64,000 bases of DNA from Octopus sinensis (Eukaryota): NCBI RefSeq assembly GCF_006345805.1, contig NC_043004.1, forward strand, positions 24,676,001 to 24,740,000, read 5' to 3'. Below, in pieces: positions 39,366 to 56,916 of the stretch (its first letter is position 1; each line of letters starts with the position of its first letter). Below the pieces are notes generated by a model. It saw only the letters and a list, made by a program, of their open reading frames with translations, searched no databases and was not told the DNA's origin. A program made the position numbers and the translations under genes.

Positions 39366-42300
39366 TAATGAACTGATTTTTTTTTTTTTCTTTTTTTGCG
39401 GTAAATCAACTCAAGATAATGGACAGTCAACATCCATTGAAAAGGTTACAAAAGCAATTAAAATTTTGGAAAAGAGAAAATATAGATAATAAATGGAAAT
39501 TGACCAGGTCAGTGTGTTACATATATATTAGGCCTGAAATTTTGTTGAAGGCAATTAGTTGATTGAATGGACCTGACGATGATGATGATGATGACGCAAA
39601 GAAGCAGAAGAAATAATAGACACAAGGACAGCAACTTTAAGAAGTGCGAGTTAAACTTTCAACGTAAAGAACCGGAATGATCTGTCACAACTTGGGCTAT
39701 TAAAAGGAACTCCATCTTAACTAATTCATGTCTATATATAACTAGCAGAAATACCCAGCGTTGCCCATTTTAAAGAACCTAAGGAAATTCAAGAATGCCT
39801 TTTAGATCTCTAAATAACATGAATCATGGACCATGCAGGCCTCACCTCCTAGTAGCTGAGATACCAACTTTATATGTTAACTAGCAACTAAGCCCGATTT
39901 CACCCAGTCGATTTGGATGATGTGGTTGTAAAACCTGCTCTGTGTAAGCATTCGACTTGATTGGGTATGCTTATGTTAAAAAACAATTTTAGAATGACTT
40001 TTTTTCTGTCAAAACGCTAAAAATAACTGACCAACAAAAAAACAACCAAGATTCAACCAAATCAAAAAATAAACCCAATTGCTAAGCAAACAAAGATTAC
40101 CCATCCCACTTCCATTGTGCACACACACATTCACATACACACACATATATTCACACAGTTGAAATGCTGTTTGATTTATTTTTTCAGCGTACAATTTTCA
40201 TCATCCCACTACCAAGTATCATATCACCCCTTCCTTTCTCATTCAGAAACACAAGAGTATTATTATAGTAGATTATCTCGGTAACCATGGGAGCTATGAA
40301 AAAATACAAAGCCCAGCAACACCTCTGGATCATTCTACACATCTGTGCAATTTTTCGTGCAATTCCACCCAGCCATTTGACCGTGAATCCCAAAATAAGA
40401 AAGTATTGCCCATGTCAAATTTATATATGTTTCCCATGTTATTGAAAATAATGAAATTCCTTTTAAATCTCTAAGTAAAATGAAACGTGGATTATGCAGT
40501 TCTCAACAGTAATTAGCTGAGGTACAAACTATTAATGTCAATAACATTTTTTCTGGTGTTCTCACTGTTAAAATTGTTAAAAACAAAAACAGATAGTTCT
40601 TTGTCTTTGCAGTTACCTTTATTTGTCAGTAAGTATTTGGAACACGTTGAACCTGAAAATGCATAAATTTGAGAAGAACCAGCCCTGCGGGCGCACCCCT
40701 CTAGTTAATAAAAATATTTAACAAAAATTCTATCAGATGATGTCAGTATAAACACATGTATTGAAACAAATCCGGCAATCAATCACAGTTTTATTATCTA
40801 GAACTTTTAAATATACAATGTTTTGAGTGTGTCCTATGTAGAAATGAAAAGATTTTTGGGACTTTTAACATCCTACATATAATTGCCCATGAGAAAAGCA
40901 AAGTGAAGTCCAACAACCTTGAGAGACTGTACTTGAGACTTGTTTATTAGATTTCTGCACCCCCCATCATCCGAATTTGGATCATAACTTTTAGAGAAAT
41001 GGATATTTCTTAACGAAATTGTCTACAAATATATACCTCGGATTATGTAGATTCCGAGCATATAGGATTTGGTGGTGGGGAACAATTGGGGCTTATTTTT
41101 GAAAACTATTCCCCACGCAGGAGTGTTTTGGAACAAGTCCATATTTGTTCCATTTTCTTTGTTGTGTGTTTGTGCATCAGTATATAACACTTAACTGTAG
41201 CTGTAAATTTTGGGGGGGAATTGAAAATTGGCATGGGGAGCCCATTCATAGAAAATTTAATTAAAAAAATATCCGTTTTTCTGAAAGTTATGATCATCCA
41301 AAGTTGGTGGAACAGAAATCTGTAGTTATGCCGCTGGAGAAGAATATAAAAAATGAAAGTACTTTTAGAAATTCCTTTTTATCTGAAATAGTTACAACTG
41401 GATATTAAGTGTTAATAAGGTGAATTTTTCCAAAAATGTCCAAAATGCGTATTGGAAAATCAAGAAAAAGGTGTCTATATCCGTATGAAATTACCTTTTA
41501 AAATTCTTTAGACACACACATATTTCATTGCCTGCACAAAACAGAGAAAATGAAATAAATATGGATGACTTGTTCCAAAACATTCCCGAGTGCAGAACAG
41601 TTCTCAAAAATAACCCCCAATTGTTTTCTCCAAAAATCCCTATTTGCTCGGAATGTACATAGTTCGAGGTGTATTTGTAGACAATTTCATTAACAAATAT
41701 CCATTTTCCTGAAAGTTAAGACGAATATACATAATACAGAAATTGAGTTTTTTTTAATAGAAATTCTTAGTCTTTATGACTTACTCATTATTATTATAAG
41801 TCATGGTAGGAAAGGAATTTTCCACCATGTGTAATATTTTTTTAAAAAGTTTATGGGTGGGTACACAAGGAAGTCTTCCCTTCCCCACCAATTTTTAAAT
41901 TTGGAATCTTTTTTTTTTAAGCAATAAAACAAAAGTAACATATATGACAGGTGTGTAAAACATATTTCTGTGTACTTTCTCTCTTCATCTGGTTAAGCTA
42001 TAGAAATCGTTGCGCACATACAAACATTCTCCAGGCAGCTGTTATTTTTAGCATATTGAGTTTCGTGGTGAGGGCTTCACATGCTGTGATCCTTTTGTTG
42101 TTTCACTATAAATTTACACATGCACAAACGAACAAAACAGCTGTTCTTTATCACTTTTAGACAGGGGAGTGTGAAACAATTTTGTTGTTCTACATAGAAA
42201 TTTGAAATTGAAAATTTTTTATTTCCATATTCTTAATCTCCATATTTTTCAACGTGGATTAAAAAAGAAAATTTTTGAAACAAATTAAAAATTAGTGTGG

Positions 42301-45300
42301 GAGGCAGAAATTCAAAATTTTGAAAACACGGTTTCTTGCATATTCAGAATCTCCATCATTGAAAACAGGAATCCGCTGGAAAAAAAAATCAGAAAGTTCT
42401 GTATCAGGGGTGGAGTGACTGTGCGCCAAGGTTCGCTGGAGAGGTGGGAGGTGAAATTTGAAAAATTTTAAACTTTGAAAAGGTGGTTTAAAAAAAAAAT
42501 TGGTGGGGTAGTCAAATTTGAAAAGCTGGGTTTTTGTTTTGACATATTCGTAGTCTCTGACATCTAAAATGTTGGTATCAGAAAAAACTATTCTTCAAGG
42601 AAAGGTGCGATTCTACATTAGCCCTACTTTCAGAAGTGCGGATTAAACTCGGAACGTAAAGAACTGGAATAATCTGTCGCTATTTAGTCTATTAAAGGGA
42701 CATAACTCCATTTTAACTAATTCACGTCTATTTTTTCTTTATGTGTATGTGGAGGTAATTGGATTCATTTTTAATACATTTTAATGTTTCCCTCTCTCTC
42801 TTTCACACACACATACACTCTTTTATAGATATTCCTGTAGTAGAGTCGGAAATGTCGCACTTTTTTGGGACATGTATATTTTGTATGTTTCAATCGCCTT
42901 TGATTAGGATTCTAGGCATTCTTTCAATATACTCCTCAGAGTTTATGACAACTCTGATAGGTATACCGAAAGAATGCTGGATTATATATATATAGATAGA
43001 TATCGTTTGTAGAACAGATCCAGAGAAGAAGCACACTCTAAGAAATAGAGTAGTCTATATTTTTTTCTGTGGTGAAGGCCAGTTTATGGGGATTTCCCGT
43101 CCATAAAGGATTTAAGTTTATGGTGTATTGTCAGGCCCTTAGACTTCTTTAAAATAGACAAGTATCAAATACCATAGTATATATATTCTTTATTTGTTAA
43201 AATTATCTTCAATTGTAGAAGTATCTTAATTACTAAATAGTAGTCGATTAGCATATTCAGGGCCACAATACTGTAGACAAGGCCATTTTGAGCAAAGAAA
43301 CATGCCTGGAAGAGTGGAGATAGCAGGATGATGGTTCACTTGCATTAACCCTTTCATTACTGTATTTATTTTGAGATGCTCTGTGTTTCTTTCAATTACT
43401 ATAAGCATAACAAAGAATTTAGTAAAATATGTTAGTTATCATTTAGCAAGTGTTAGGAACATAAATTGTGACTATGGTTTGGTGGAAGATTTTAATTCAA
43501 AACTTATGAAAACAAAACATTTGTACTACAGAGCCAGAGTCGGTTTCAGCCGGGTTGGTAATGAAATGGTTAAACAAGGCTACAAAGAGAAAGGCTTGGA
43601 GACACCACTATGAAAGGTTGCTAAATGAATGGGAGAAAGAGAGTCTACCAAATGTCGACCCAACAGTGGGACCAGCTATCTGAATTGACAGTACCTTGAT
43701 AGATAAAGCAATTAAGGGTATGAAGACAGGGAAAGCCTTTGTAGTAGTTGACTATGGTGTTGCCACACAAGTCATTGGGTATGACTCCTTCATGTATCAC
43801 CTGGTTGACAATACTGGTGACTAGGCTATAGCTGACACTGCCAGATATTTTGAGCATCTCTATGGTGATTCCTGATGGGCCGGGGGCTTTCCCTGTCTTC
43901 ATACCCTTAATTGCTTTATCTACCAAGGTACTGTCAATTCAGATAGCTGGTCCCTCTGTTGGGTCAACATTTGGCAGACTCTCTTTCTCCCATTCATTCT
44001 CTTCATTTAGCAACCTTTCATAGGGGTGTCTCTAAGCCTTGTTTAATGCAAGTGAACCATCATCCATGTGGCCACATTTCTCTCCTATGACATCGCAATC
44101 CTCCCTCATGCACTGTCTTGCAACACAAAATACCTCAAGTCTTTGGTCCTCACGATGCAGAACATTGCTTTCCTTCTGGCTACATAAACCTGTCTCCTAG
44201 CTTCCTTTCTGGCAGTCAGATACAATTCCCTCCTCACTGCGGGAACCAAAACCGTAGCCTCCATGTATGCCCCCTGTATGTTGCTCAACATGCCCATTGA
44301 AGTTACTAACCACAAAGAGAGGGTCCTGTCATTCATCGACGAGGGTGTCATAAAATCAGTCTTTCTGTCCACTAGGTAGCCCCAGCTGAGAGAGTGGTTG
44401 CTAACCCAAGATGCAACACAAATCTAATCTTAAGTATTCTATTGCAGACTCTTATCAACCAATTTCTCCACAAGAAGTATACCCACACACCTGACCCCTT
44501 CAGTGCTCCCTGCCCAGAAAATCTTATGCATATGTTCTTTGCCTGTGAGGAACCTAGCAGAACCTCCTCTCCACCTTACTTCTTGGATGCAGCACAAATC
44601 TACACGTCTCTGTTCAAGCATGTCAACAATCTCACCAGACCTACTTTTCAGTGTACCAACATTGAATGTGCCAACCCTGAGGGTGTGGTCCAATGAGATC
44701 AACTGGAACCCTCGTCGTCGTAACCAACGGAGTGCCATGAATATATATGAACTAGAGCATCTGTCATATGACAGGTAACTTTGGAAGCACCCTTTTGACA
44801 CCATGGGTAACAGAAAATTATTATAATTTAACTTCTATTAAATATTTTGGTGATTATTACAAAATGAATACTAATTTTTAAAAGAATTATACCTTATATT
44901 AAAATTTTATAACCAACCAACCAACCAAATAATTGATTGCTTACTCAGTCAGTTGGTGAAATAGTCAGTCTGTTAATCTTCAAGCAATTCATCAAATCAT
45001 TTTTTATCAGCTACCTTATTGACTTGATATAACTTGCAAGTTAAAGAAAAGAGAAATAAAATAAAATGTGAAGATCAATCGAATATTGGTTCTAAATTTT
45101 GGTACAAAGCCAGCAGCTTTGGGAGAGGGAATAAGTTGATTACATAAAGCCTAGTGCTCAATTGCTACTTATTTCATTGACCCTGAAAGAATGAAAGACA
45201 GAATTTGAGAGCAGATTGTAAGAACAGTATTTTGCTCAGCATGCTAATGAGTCTTCCAGCTCACTGCCTATAATTAGAAGATAAACTGGAGTTTGCAACC

Positions 45301-46681
45301 ATATAACACTTCTTCCTCACTATGGTGTTGAAAATGTTTGAAAATCATTTTGATTTTATTAAACATGGCAATTTGTCCCTATTACTATTTTCAATTCTCA
45401 AAAGACCCTTCAGCGAGACAGAGGAATGGATCCATGTAATCCAACTAACCATCTTCCAGCATGCCATAGGATTCCAGGATCTGAGTTGACAGGTCTTACA
45501 CAACTTGAGCAAGGTAAGGTGTTGAGAAATACAGCTGGTTATTTTACTATTTTCTTCTTAATAACAAAAGTGGAAAGTATTTGAAACAATTGTAACATCA
45601 TCATTTAATGTCTGTTGTCCATAATGGCAGAGGCTGGATGGGTTGACCAGGGCTGGCTGGCTGGAAGGCTACACCAGACTCCAGTCTGATTTGGCATGGA
45701 TTCTCATTTTGTTATTGTCAACAAGGAGTTAAACATAGAGGGGAGAAACAAGGACAGACAAAGGGGTTAAGTCGATTACATCAACCCCAGTTCATAACTG
45801 GTACTTAATTTACAAACCTCGAAAGGATGAAAAGCAAAATCCACCTTGGTGGAATTTGAACTCAGAAATGTAACAGCAGACGAAATACTGCTAAGCATTT
45901 TGCCCAGCGTGCTAACGTTTCTGCCAGCTCGCCCGCCTTTGTGATGATTTGGCATGGTTTCTACGACAGGATATCTTTCCTAATGCCAACCACTTTGAAA
46001 GTGGTCAAGTATCACCGGTAAGGGTACCATTTGCATGACACCAGTATCTGCTACAATTGCGATTTTACTTGGCTTGATGAGTCTTCTCAAGCACTACATA
46101 ATGCCAAAGATCTGTCATTCGTCATTGCCTCAGCGAGGCCTAACACTCGAAACGTGTTTTTTACATGCCAGTTATGTGCAAATAATATGAAAAAAATTGG
46201 TCTAAATACATTTTTCAAAAATACGTTTTAGTGAAGCCACACATAGTAATCATATTATGACTTAATGAAGGACTACAACTAAGATACAGTTTATCTGTAT
46301 GTGCATTTATGCCTTATTAATTCATTAATCCTTCAGTATACAGATTACTGTCAAACGTAATGCTTATTTATTCACATTGTATAAAATTAATCATGTAGCT
46401 TCAAGATTTCAATGATGTGATTGTTAATTTTTAGAATAGCATTGTAGGATAGGTGTGAGAGGACAGACCTAGCCAGTTTGAACATAGAACAGGAAGACTA
46501 TTTGGACCAGATAAAGCTGGTTTAAATGCTAGAGAGTGGTGCTCTGAGCGCCCCACTAGCACGGGGCACAAGTTAAACATTAACAAATATTAAAAATAAC
46601 AAAACGAGGATGTACATATGAAATGTATAAACTTGATGCTCAGTAAAGGTGGAAAAAAAAGAGTTTTTTTTTTTGCTTTGT

Positions 46682-47710
46682 GCATCATCATCATCATTGT
46701 TCGACCGTGGTCGAGACAATGGAATTTACTATGTTACGCCAGACTTCATGGTCCATGATAGCATTACGGAGGTCCTGTTGCTGGATTCCTGTATCCCTGG
46801 AGATTACATCAGGGTAGGAGAGTGTGCGCCCTCTGGTATTGCGAGTAGATGGCTTCCAGAGGAGAAGAGTAGAAATTACTTCTTTTTCAGCTCTACAACA
46901 ATGTCCAGCAAACTGGACTCTCCTACCTTTCACAAGAGATGACACAGGTGGTAATTTCCCATATATTTGCATTTTGGTTGGATGGCGCTTCCACGAGAGA
47001 TTTTGAGCTCTCATAAGGAGGCGAGTGTAGGTTCCATCCAACCACCTCAAGCTTCTTTGATAACGTCCAGGTTTCTGAGCCATATAGTAGAATTGGTTTG
47101 ACTGTGGCTTTGAATATTTCAAGTTTGAAGTCTCTACTTAGGTTTGATGACCAGATCTTATGCATGTCATTACAGGCTGACCAGGCCATACCCTTTCTAG
47201 TTAGAAAGTCTTTTCCAGATGATGATATGTATGACCCAAGATATTTATAATCAGAAACCATATTTAAAGGCGCACTGTTGAGAGTGTGGATGATGCAATC
47301 ACTGTTGGACAGGCACTTGTTTATGTATTCAGTTTTGGCCTCATTGAGGTAAAGACCTACACAATTTGAGGCTTGTTCAAGAGATTGTAAAAGAGACTGG
47401 GCATTGGAGAGAGAATCACTGATAAGAGCGATGTCGTCAGCAAAGTCAGTGTCTGTCAAGTACTCAGCTGGGTGTCTGGAACTTCTTGGTTTTATTTCAA
47501 AGCCCTTGCCAGAGATGGTATCAACTGACATACGTAGCACATAATCAACAACAATGATGAAAAGAAATGGGCGAGTGTGTCTCCCTGCAGTATTCCGGCT
47601 TTGATTGGAAAGATGATGTTTCTCCATCAGGGGTTAAGATGGTTGAAGACGTATCTGTGTAGAGGACCTTGATGGCAGAAATAATTTTGTCTGGTATCCC
47701 ATAGAGCAAC
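46682..47710 (-). mobile_element. RTE-clade LINE fragment, unit 2 copy
   Basis: Duplicate of 28268-29297. Confidence 0.9.
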
Positions 47711-48186
47711 GCCCTCCATCATAAAAGGAGAAAGGAAAAGTCCAGGAACAGTCTTATTTGATTACATGGTTAAAGTGACCAGAAGTGGAGAGAGATAGAA
47801 AAGCTGTTTTTGGCAGGACAGGAGAGTGCGAAGATGGCCAGTGTGTGTGTGTGTTTGTTTTGTGTGTTATATGCATAAGGTGGTTTGTTTGAGCAGGTTA
47901 CTGGCAGGGATTCAATTCATTGGTGAGAAGTGAGGTGAAGAGTGTTGCTGTGTGTATGTATGAGAGTGTGAGGATGTGTGTGTCATTATAAAATAGACCG
48001 AATAGAGCTTTGCATTTGCTTTTCTGTGGGTATGTATAAATGTCTGGTTTATTTCTCTCAGTATGTTTTTCTGATGAGGAAAAGTCATTATATTTATCCA
48101 GAAATTGATCAATCCAAGGCTATCTAATTCATTTTATGAATTTCTGTCAGCCTACTCCCTCACTTTCAATGTGTGTATTATAATAC

Positions 48187-50390
48187 TTATGCGTACACTA
48201 TAAGCGTGAAGACACTGAGAAGGTGCCGAAGATGATTTTCATGGGTGTCGCTTGCAATGAGTATATCATCGACATAGGCAAACACAAAATCAAGACCGCG
48301 GACAACCTCATCAACGAAGAGCTGGAAAGTGCTGGTAGCATTCCGCAAACCAAAACTCGTATATAAAAACTCAAAAGACCCAAAAGTAATTGCAGTTTTC
48401 GGAACATCGGCTGGGTTGACCGGTATTTGGTGATAAGTGCGTATAAGATCGACTTTTGAAAAAGTGGTACAACCATGAAGATTGCTGAAAAGTCCTGAAG
48501 AATTCTTATTGGGTAGCATCGGCTATCATTACCGCATTGAGGCGGTATAGGAGACAAGTCAATGGCAATGCAAAACAATTGAGGACGCTAGGGCTTGTCT
48601 GCGTCAGATGAAGAGGCCAAATGCTACAAGACCAGTGTCTGTCTCCGGGAATTGTCACTGTGATCTTCGACACCAGATCTTGACGAAGAATGCAACGATT
48701 TGTAGAAATTTGTAGAAAGAGAAAAGGAAGAAGGTGGCGTGCTCAACTTCTCCGGATTTAGTTTAACAAGAGTTTGAAATTGCACAGCTGGATACACTTG
48801 TTTGCCTTTTCGGCAAACTTTAAGTTGTACCAGCACAAGCCAGAACGCTGCCCCAGGAACAAGAAACAGAGCCACTCTGACTACGACGCCTATTCCCACG
48901 GCACGGATCATCCATGCATCGTGTAAGCGCGTTTTTTATCTGCTAAAGAATTATGTGTCAGAGAAGAAGCTGTCAGAGGGGTCTCGGTACACGCGCACAA
49001 GCTACATGATGAAGGTGGACCAGAAAATTCCAAGATTTTGTCGGCCATCATGTCAATTTGGTCAACAGTGTTAGACTCCAGGGCTGTGGCCAAAATTGTC
49101 TGCACGTTGGCAGGCAACCTGGAGAAAAATATCTTGCGCAGCAGAGGCGCGTCTGCTGAGTTCCCACTTAATTCCTTAAACGGCACAGGAATTGTGAGGG
49201 TGTTCTCTCCCCCAACTGTTCATCAGACATGAGCTCATTGAACTTGCTCTCCTCCGACCATGTGTTATGTCGGAGAATTACTGCTTAGACTGACGCATAG
49301 GTGGCATCTGGGTGGAACTCATTATGAGATCCCAGGCCGATGTGGCAAGTTGAGGAGGCAAGCTACAGTAGAAGAATTAACTGCTGATTGGGAGAGACGG
49401 CACGGTAAAGTGGGACTCAACTTGGGCAACCAAAGGCCCGCATCTCCCGTGAATAAAGGCAAACCCGGTCCAGACATGTTTGTTCGAAATGCCTGTCACA
49501 GGGGCAAACTCCGTCCACTACATGTATTTGTTCGAAACTCCTGTCACATAGATCAAAGGCAAACCAGTCGAAGCAACACAAAACTAGAACACGGCGAAAA
49601 GCTAGTGAACGCCAAAACTATGTTTGTGGACTGGTGTGTGTGTACCAAAAAACCAGAAAGGCAAAAAAAAATTTTTTTTTTTTTTGTAAGAAAATTTTTT
49701 TCAATAATGTACGAGTGTAGTGGAGAAAACTTTTTTTTTTGTACGCACCTTCTGCCATCCTGAAAGAGAAAAAAAAAGAGAGTGAGAGAAAGAATTAAAA
49801 AAAAAAAGAAAACAAGTTGTCAATTCACGTGTGTGCTAATGTATATAAGTTTGTGTTCTGTTTCTGTGTGCCTTTTTTCATTTTATCGGCGTGGACACCA
49901 TGGTCCGGCTAGCATGTTCGTATCACTGTCGGGGTCACCAGTTGTAAAAATGACAGTTTTCAGGAACACTTGAGGGGAGTCTGATCTTGTCACATACAAG
50001 TCAAAAAGTAACTAAAAATCCAGCTGTCTTCAATAACAATAAATAACATTTTATTCTTCGGGTTCACAGGTAAATATATACATATATATTTCTTAAAGGC
50101 GAACCGGCAGCCAAGTCCACAGGACTGTTTACATATGTCATTCGGGTGAGCCAAGAAGATACAGTCTCCATTCCCCCCCGCTTCGAAGAGAGAGAGCTTC
50201 TCTATGCGTAGGGTTTTCCCTGAGAGAAGTTTTAGCCACGTCCATTCGTTAGGGCTGCTCTTCCAAAAAGGAAGATTAGTGAAGACACTTCCTATTTGCA
50301 GTTCATGCGCATAAGGGAACTTTCAGCGCCTACTGAAAGTAATCCAACTCTGCACATGGGCGCTGAAACTTCCACAATAGCGTCACTACA
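48187..50390 (-). mobile_element. Gypsy LTR element, unit 2 copy with ~0.5-kb internal deletion
   Basis: Duplicate of 29780-32454 lacking ~30140-30654. LTR at 49943-50390. Confidence 0.88.
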
Positions 50391-50847
50391 AGTGATTTAA
50401 AGCAGTTCGACAATTTAGTGTTTATTTTCAGCATATAGGCATATATATCCTTCTGCACACCCTTAATTATAATTGTATTTTATACTATTGTAAACCTCTG
50501 AAGAGAGTAATGCAAGGCCCTCTCTCCGAAATTCACTTGTCCATGATGAAAATATTCAACCAGTATCAGTATGTGGTGATGCTGTGCATGGTATGTGTGT
50601 ATATATACATGTGAGAATGTATGTGTAATGAGTTTGTATGTCTACATAGGCATGTGTGTATTGGTGTGTATGTGTGAAGGATTTGGCATGCAGTGATGTG
50701 TATGTATTATATGGGGTGTGCAAGTGATGTATGTAGGTGTTGAGATGAATAAATGTTTTTAATTTGAAAAGAAACTTAAAAAAAGAACTTTAAAATTTTT
50801 TTAAAAGCATGCATACACACACACACACGCATATATATATATATATA

Positions 50848-51044
50848 GTCTGGCACCTGTGTCGGTGGCACATAAAATCACCCACTACACTCTCGGAGTG
50901 GTTGGCGTTAGGAAGGGCATCCAGCTGTAAAACACGCCAGATCTACTGGACTGGTGCAGCTTTCGGGCTCCCCAGACCCCGTTTGACCGTCCAACCCATG
51001 CTAGCATGGAAAGCGGACGTTAAATGATGATGTGATGATGATGA
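50848..51044 (+). mobile_element. Retroposon with (ATG)n tail, present only in unit 2, in the ZNF 3' flank
   Basis: Same family as 26341-26761 (CCCATGCTAGCATGGAAAGCGGACGTTAAATGATGATG). It is absent from the TA tract at 32891-33012. Confidence 0.85.
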
Positions 51045-51063
51045 TATACTGAGACGTTAGATT

Positions 51064-53047
<1,984 letters not shown>

Positions 53048-54137
53048 AATATAAAATTTTTGTTCGCAAAATAGAAAAGCTATAATTCTTCTTGAATTTT
53101 CATAGAAATATTTCTTTAAATATTATCAACAAAGTGCATGTTTTCTTCAGTTGTAAATTTTGTGAGATTCCAAAGAGGTCTTAGTTGTAAGCGATTGTTT
53201 TTTTTCTTCAACTTAATCTTGACACTATCACAGAAATAATTTGGAAGTTATACAGGTGCAATCAATATTGGAAATTACTCAATTCACAAGAAATATTTCA
53301 GTGATAGAACTTAAGTTATTCGAACAAGCAAGATCCCTTATATCCTTGTTAATGTTAATCTTTAGTTTTCAATATGCCATCTCAATAACATCAGATATCC
53401 TGAAATATATAAAAAGAGTATAGTCAAATATAATAATAGATAAAATTGTTAAAAATATTATTAGTGACCAGCATATAAAATAGACCTATTAAGGTGAATT
53501 CATATATAGAGATTTATTATAGTACAAAATACAGAGGGGACTGTGCCTATATACTGAAAGCAAGGGAGTAGGCTGGCAGGAATTCATAAAATAATTCAGA
53601 TAGCTTGGATTGATCCATTTCTGGATTAGTCTAATGATTTTTTCCTCATCAGCAAAGTATACTGAGGGAAGTAAGTGAGACATTTATACATACCCACAGA
53701 AAAGCAAACACAAAGCTGCGATTACATACAATACCATGTATGCATTTGGTCAGAGTAGTACAGAAGTGACTAAACTGTCTTGAAGTGCATGGAAAATATT
53801 CAAATATAATAATAAAGGATAAAATCATTAAAACTTTTATCAGTGGCTAGCATATAAAATAGACCCAACAGAGCTTTGCATTTGCTTTTCTGTGGGTATG
53901 TATGTCTGATTTATTTCTCTCAGTATGTTTTTCTGATGAGGAAAAGTCATTATATTTATCCAGAAATTGATCAATCCAAGGCTATCTGAATCGTTTTATG
54001 AATTTCTGTCAGCCTACTCCCTCACTTTCAATGTGTGTATTATAACAGTGATTTAAAGCAGTTCGACAATTTAGTGTTTATTTTCAGCATATAGGCATAT
54101 ATACCTTCTGTGCCCTTAATTATAATTGTATTTTATA

Positions 54138-55289
54138 CTATTGTAAACCTCTGAAGAGAGTAATGCAAGGCCCTCTCTTCCGAAATTCACCTGTCCATGA
54201 TGAAAAATACTCCACCAGTACTGTTCTGACCTTGTCTACAGAATTCATATTTTTCCTGTCCAAATAATTTTGAAGACTGCAGAATAAATAATTATCAGAT
54301 GGGGAAATGTCCTGTGAATATGGTGGATGGAGCATCATTTCCCATTCAAACTGCTCCAGCCTTTGGAATGTCTTCCTCACTGCATGTGACTGAGGATTAT
54401 CCTGATGGAAGAACACCATCTTGAAAGCAAAGATGGTAGTTTTTCTTCAAGCCACTTAAGCTGTTTGTAGTAGATCTCCTTTGTTATCATTTGGTTTGGG
54501 TTTAAAAGTTCAAAGTGGACTAAACCTTTCATATCCGATCAAATAGATAACATCACATTACGTGGATGAAGACCTTCTTTAATCTGGAGTGCTTATGTTT
54601 CTCCTTTCCCTACCCACTTGACATTTTTATAGAGAACCCATTTCTTGTCACCAGTCACTATTCAGACCAAACAAGGTCCATTCGTGAGATGTGACAGCAA
54701 AGAAGAGCACACATTCACTCTCTGCTCGTGATCAGCCTCGAAAAGTTTGTGAGGAACCCATTGACCCAATTTGCTGACTTTTTTGATGGTACACATGTGT
54801 TGATGAATGGTTGAATGACCAAATCCAAGCTTCTCTGCTAGTTCCTCAACAGTTACGATGAGATTTTGTTCCACTAGGGTTTGCAGGACATCCTTGTTGA
54901 GCTCTACAGATCTTCTAGGACAAGGCCAATCTTCTAGGCTGTAGTTTCCGGCTTGGAATTTCTGGTACTACCGTTGTCACTGTATGCTTATTGTTCAATC
55001 CCCATATACTGCATTAATATTCCTCACACTTAATACTGCATGGTTGCCTTTATTGAACTCATAAAGCAAAATATGCCGAATAATTTTCTTTGTCACTTCT
55101 ATTATAGCTTTGAAAAAATAGCTGTTAAAATCGAACTGCTCTCTTCAAAACTTGCACTAAGAATTAGTACAATGTAAAATTACTATCTGTTTTTATAGTA
55201 AGTTGATGCAGGTAATTTATCCTGTCCTCCTCCAACTTTTCGTTTACGCAACTGAAGAAAACTGAATTATATATGAGATGACCCAATAT
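54138..55289 (-). mobile_element. Degenerate mariner, unit 2 copy
   Basis: HPPYSQDISPSDNYLF and WVPH motifs. Confidence 0.88.
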
Positions 55290-55636
55290 ATGACAAACAG
55301 TTTAAAGAACAATGAATCTGTGTAGGGACAACAAGTCGAGTGCAGGAATTATTTGAAGATCACGTTAATTGTAATCTAATAAGGCCATGTTAAAGAAAAT
55401 TTCTATATATTTAATACAGAAAATTGTAATTTCATATTATGAAACTGTAATCATATTAATGAACTATAAACGAAGACAGGTGTTTTAATATTCTTAAATG
55501 ACTACTTGACTATAATAATATGTACACCAACAACTTTACAGAGTATACTGGATGCATTTTTGCAGTATTAGTCTGTGTATTTTTGTACGGTAAAAGTTGA
55601 CAGTGACTTCTAAGTTGCAGCTTACTGCCAGTTACG

Positions 55637-55683
<47 letters not shown>

Positions 55684-55789
55684 GTGGATAACCTTTATAT
55701 TATCACTCAAAATACTACAAATAACAACCAAATTCCGTTATATCACACACTAGTGTATTCTATAAAAATGGTTAAACTAAAGCGTTAAA

Positions 55790-56325
55790 CCCGGTCAAAA
55801 AAAACCAAAAAAAATTGTGTAATAGGTGTAAAACAACTTGCTCTAAACCAGTGATTCCCAAGGTGGGGCGTACGCCCCACTGGTGGGGCCTGAGAAAATT
55901 CAGGTGGGGCGCGGGGCATAGACGTGGGCTGTGAAAATATTTGTACATGACGAGCGGTACATGACGAGGTGGGGCGTAAAAACTTTTGCTATGAAAAAGT
56001 GGGGCGCCGGGAAAAAAGGTTGGGAAACACTGCTCTAAACGAATATGACCAAAAAAAAATATGCGCGCACGCGAAAGGGGAATTGGGGAGAAGCATCAGG
56101 AATTTCCGAAAGCGTCTGAGGGGCTGACCCGGGCACCAAAACCAAAAAAAAAAATAGTGTAATAGGTGTAAAACAACTTGCTCTAAACGAATATGACAAA
56201 AAAAAATGCGCGCTCGCGAAAGGGGGGAGGGGAGAGGACTCGGAAAATTCACATCTTCAGTCCAGGGCCTTTAAACTAAGAAAAAAAATAGTGTAATTGG
56301 TGTAAAACTACTTGTTCTAAACGAT
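55790..56325. repeat. Three-unit ~140-bp tandem repeat
   Basis: GTGTAATAGGTGTAAAACAACTTGCTCTAAACGA recurs at ~55817, 56157 and 56290. Confidence 0.8.
55849..56032. mobile_element. hAT (Charlie-like) MITE with 8-bp TSD CTCTAAAC
   Basis: TIRs CAGTGATTCCCAA / TTGGGAAACACTG, with a perfect TSD at 55841-48 and 56033-40. The empty site is in the next repeat unit (~56181). Confidence 0.92.
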
Positions 56326-56696
56326 TATCAAGAACACACACACACAGAATCATAAGAATCCGTATTTTTGTACGTATTTCGCAAAAAAAAAAAAAAAAAA
56401 AAAGTGGAGAAATTCTGGAAAAAGTGAAGAAAATGTTGGATCTCCGACATGTGAACCAAAATGCGTGTCAGAAACATCTTGAAATACTACAGAGAATTAT
56501 GTTATGGAAAAGATAATGTATACATACTTCTTTGAGTGGACAGTGATGATAAAGAAATGAGATGGGTTGCGTTTGGAGGAAAAAATTATCTCGGGCCAGG
56601 ATAAAGACTTGCAGCTGCCAATAAGAATACGTGTATTCTCTTGGCAGCAGGTTTAATGCTTTCCATAAATCGGAATCTAGAGAGGTATTGTTTTAA

Positions 56697-56916
56697 CCCT
56701 TTAGCATTCAAACCGGCCATATCTGGCCAAAATATTTAACCTGTTATATATTGAAACTGACCAGATCTCACCTTTCATCTCAGCCCTACCATGTCGTTCT
56801 AAAACTAAAAAATAACATCACCGAAATCTCTAAACTACAAGATAATGCATGATTAATTCAAACCATTTAAAATAAACAAACATCACATTTGACAGAATAA
56901 TCTGAACACTAAAGGG
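56697..56916. mobile_element. piggyBac-type MITE with TTAA TSD
   Basis: TTAA|CCCTTTAGCATTCA...TGAACACTAAAGGG|TTAA. Confidence 0.88.

Noticed and set aside
55790-56325. Repeat-spacer pattern reminiscent of CRISPR
   Set aside because: Eukaryotic context, no cas genes, and the 'spacers' are mutually similar or are a hAT MITE. It is an ordinary tandem repeat.
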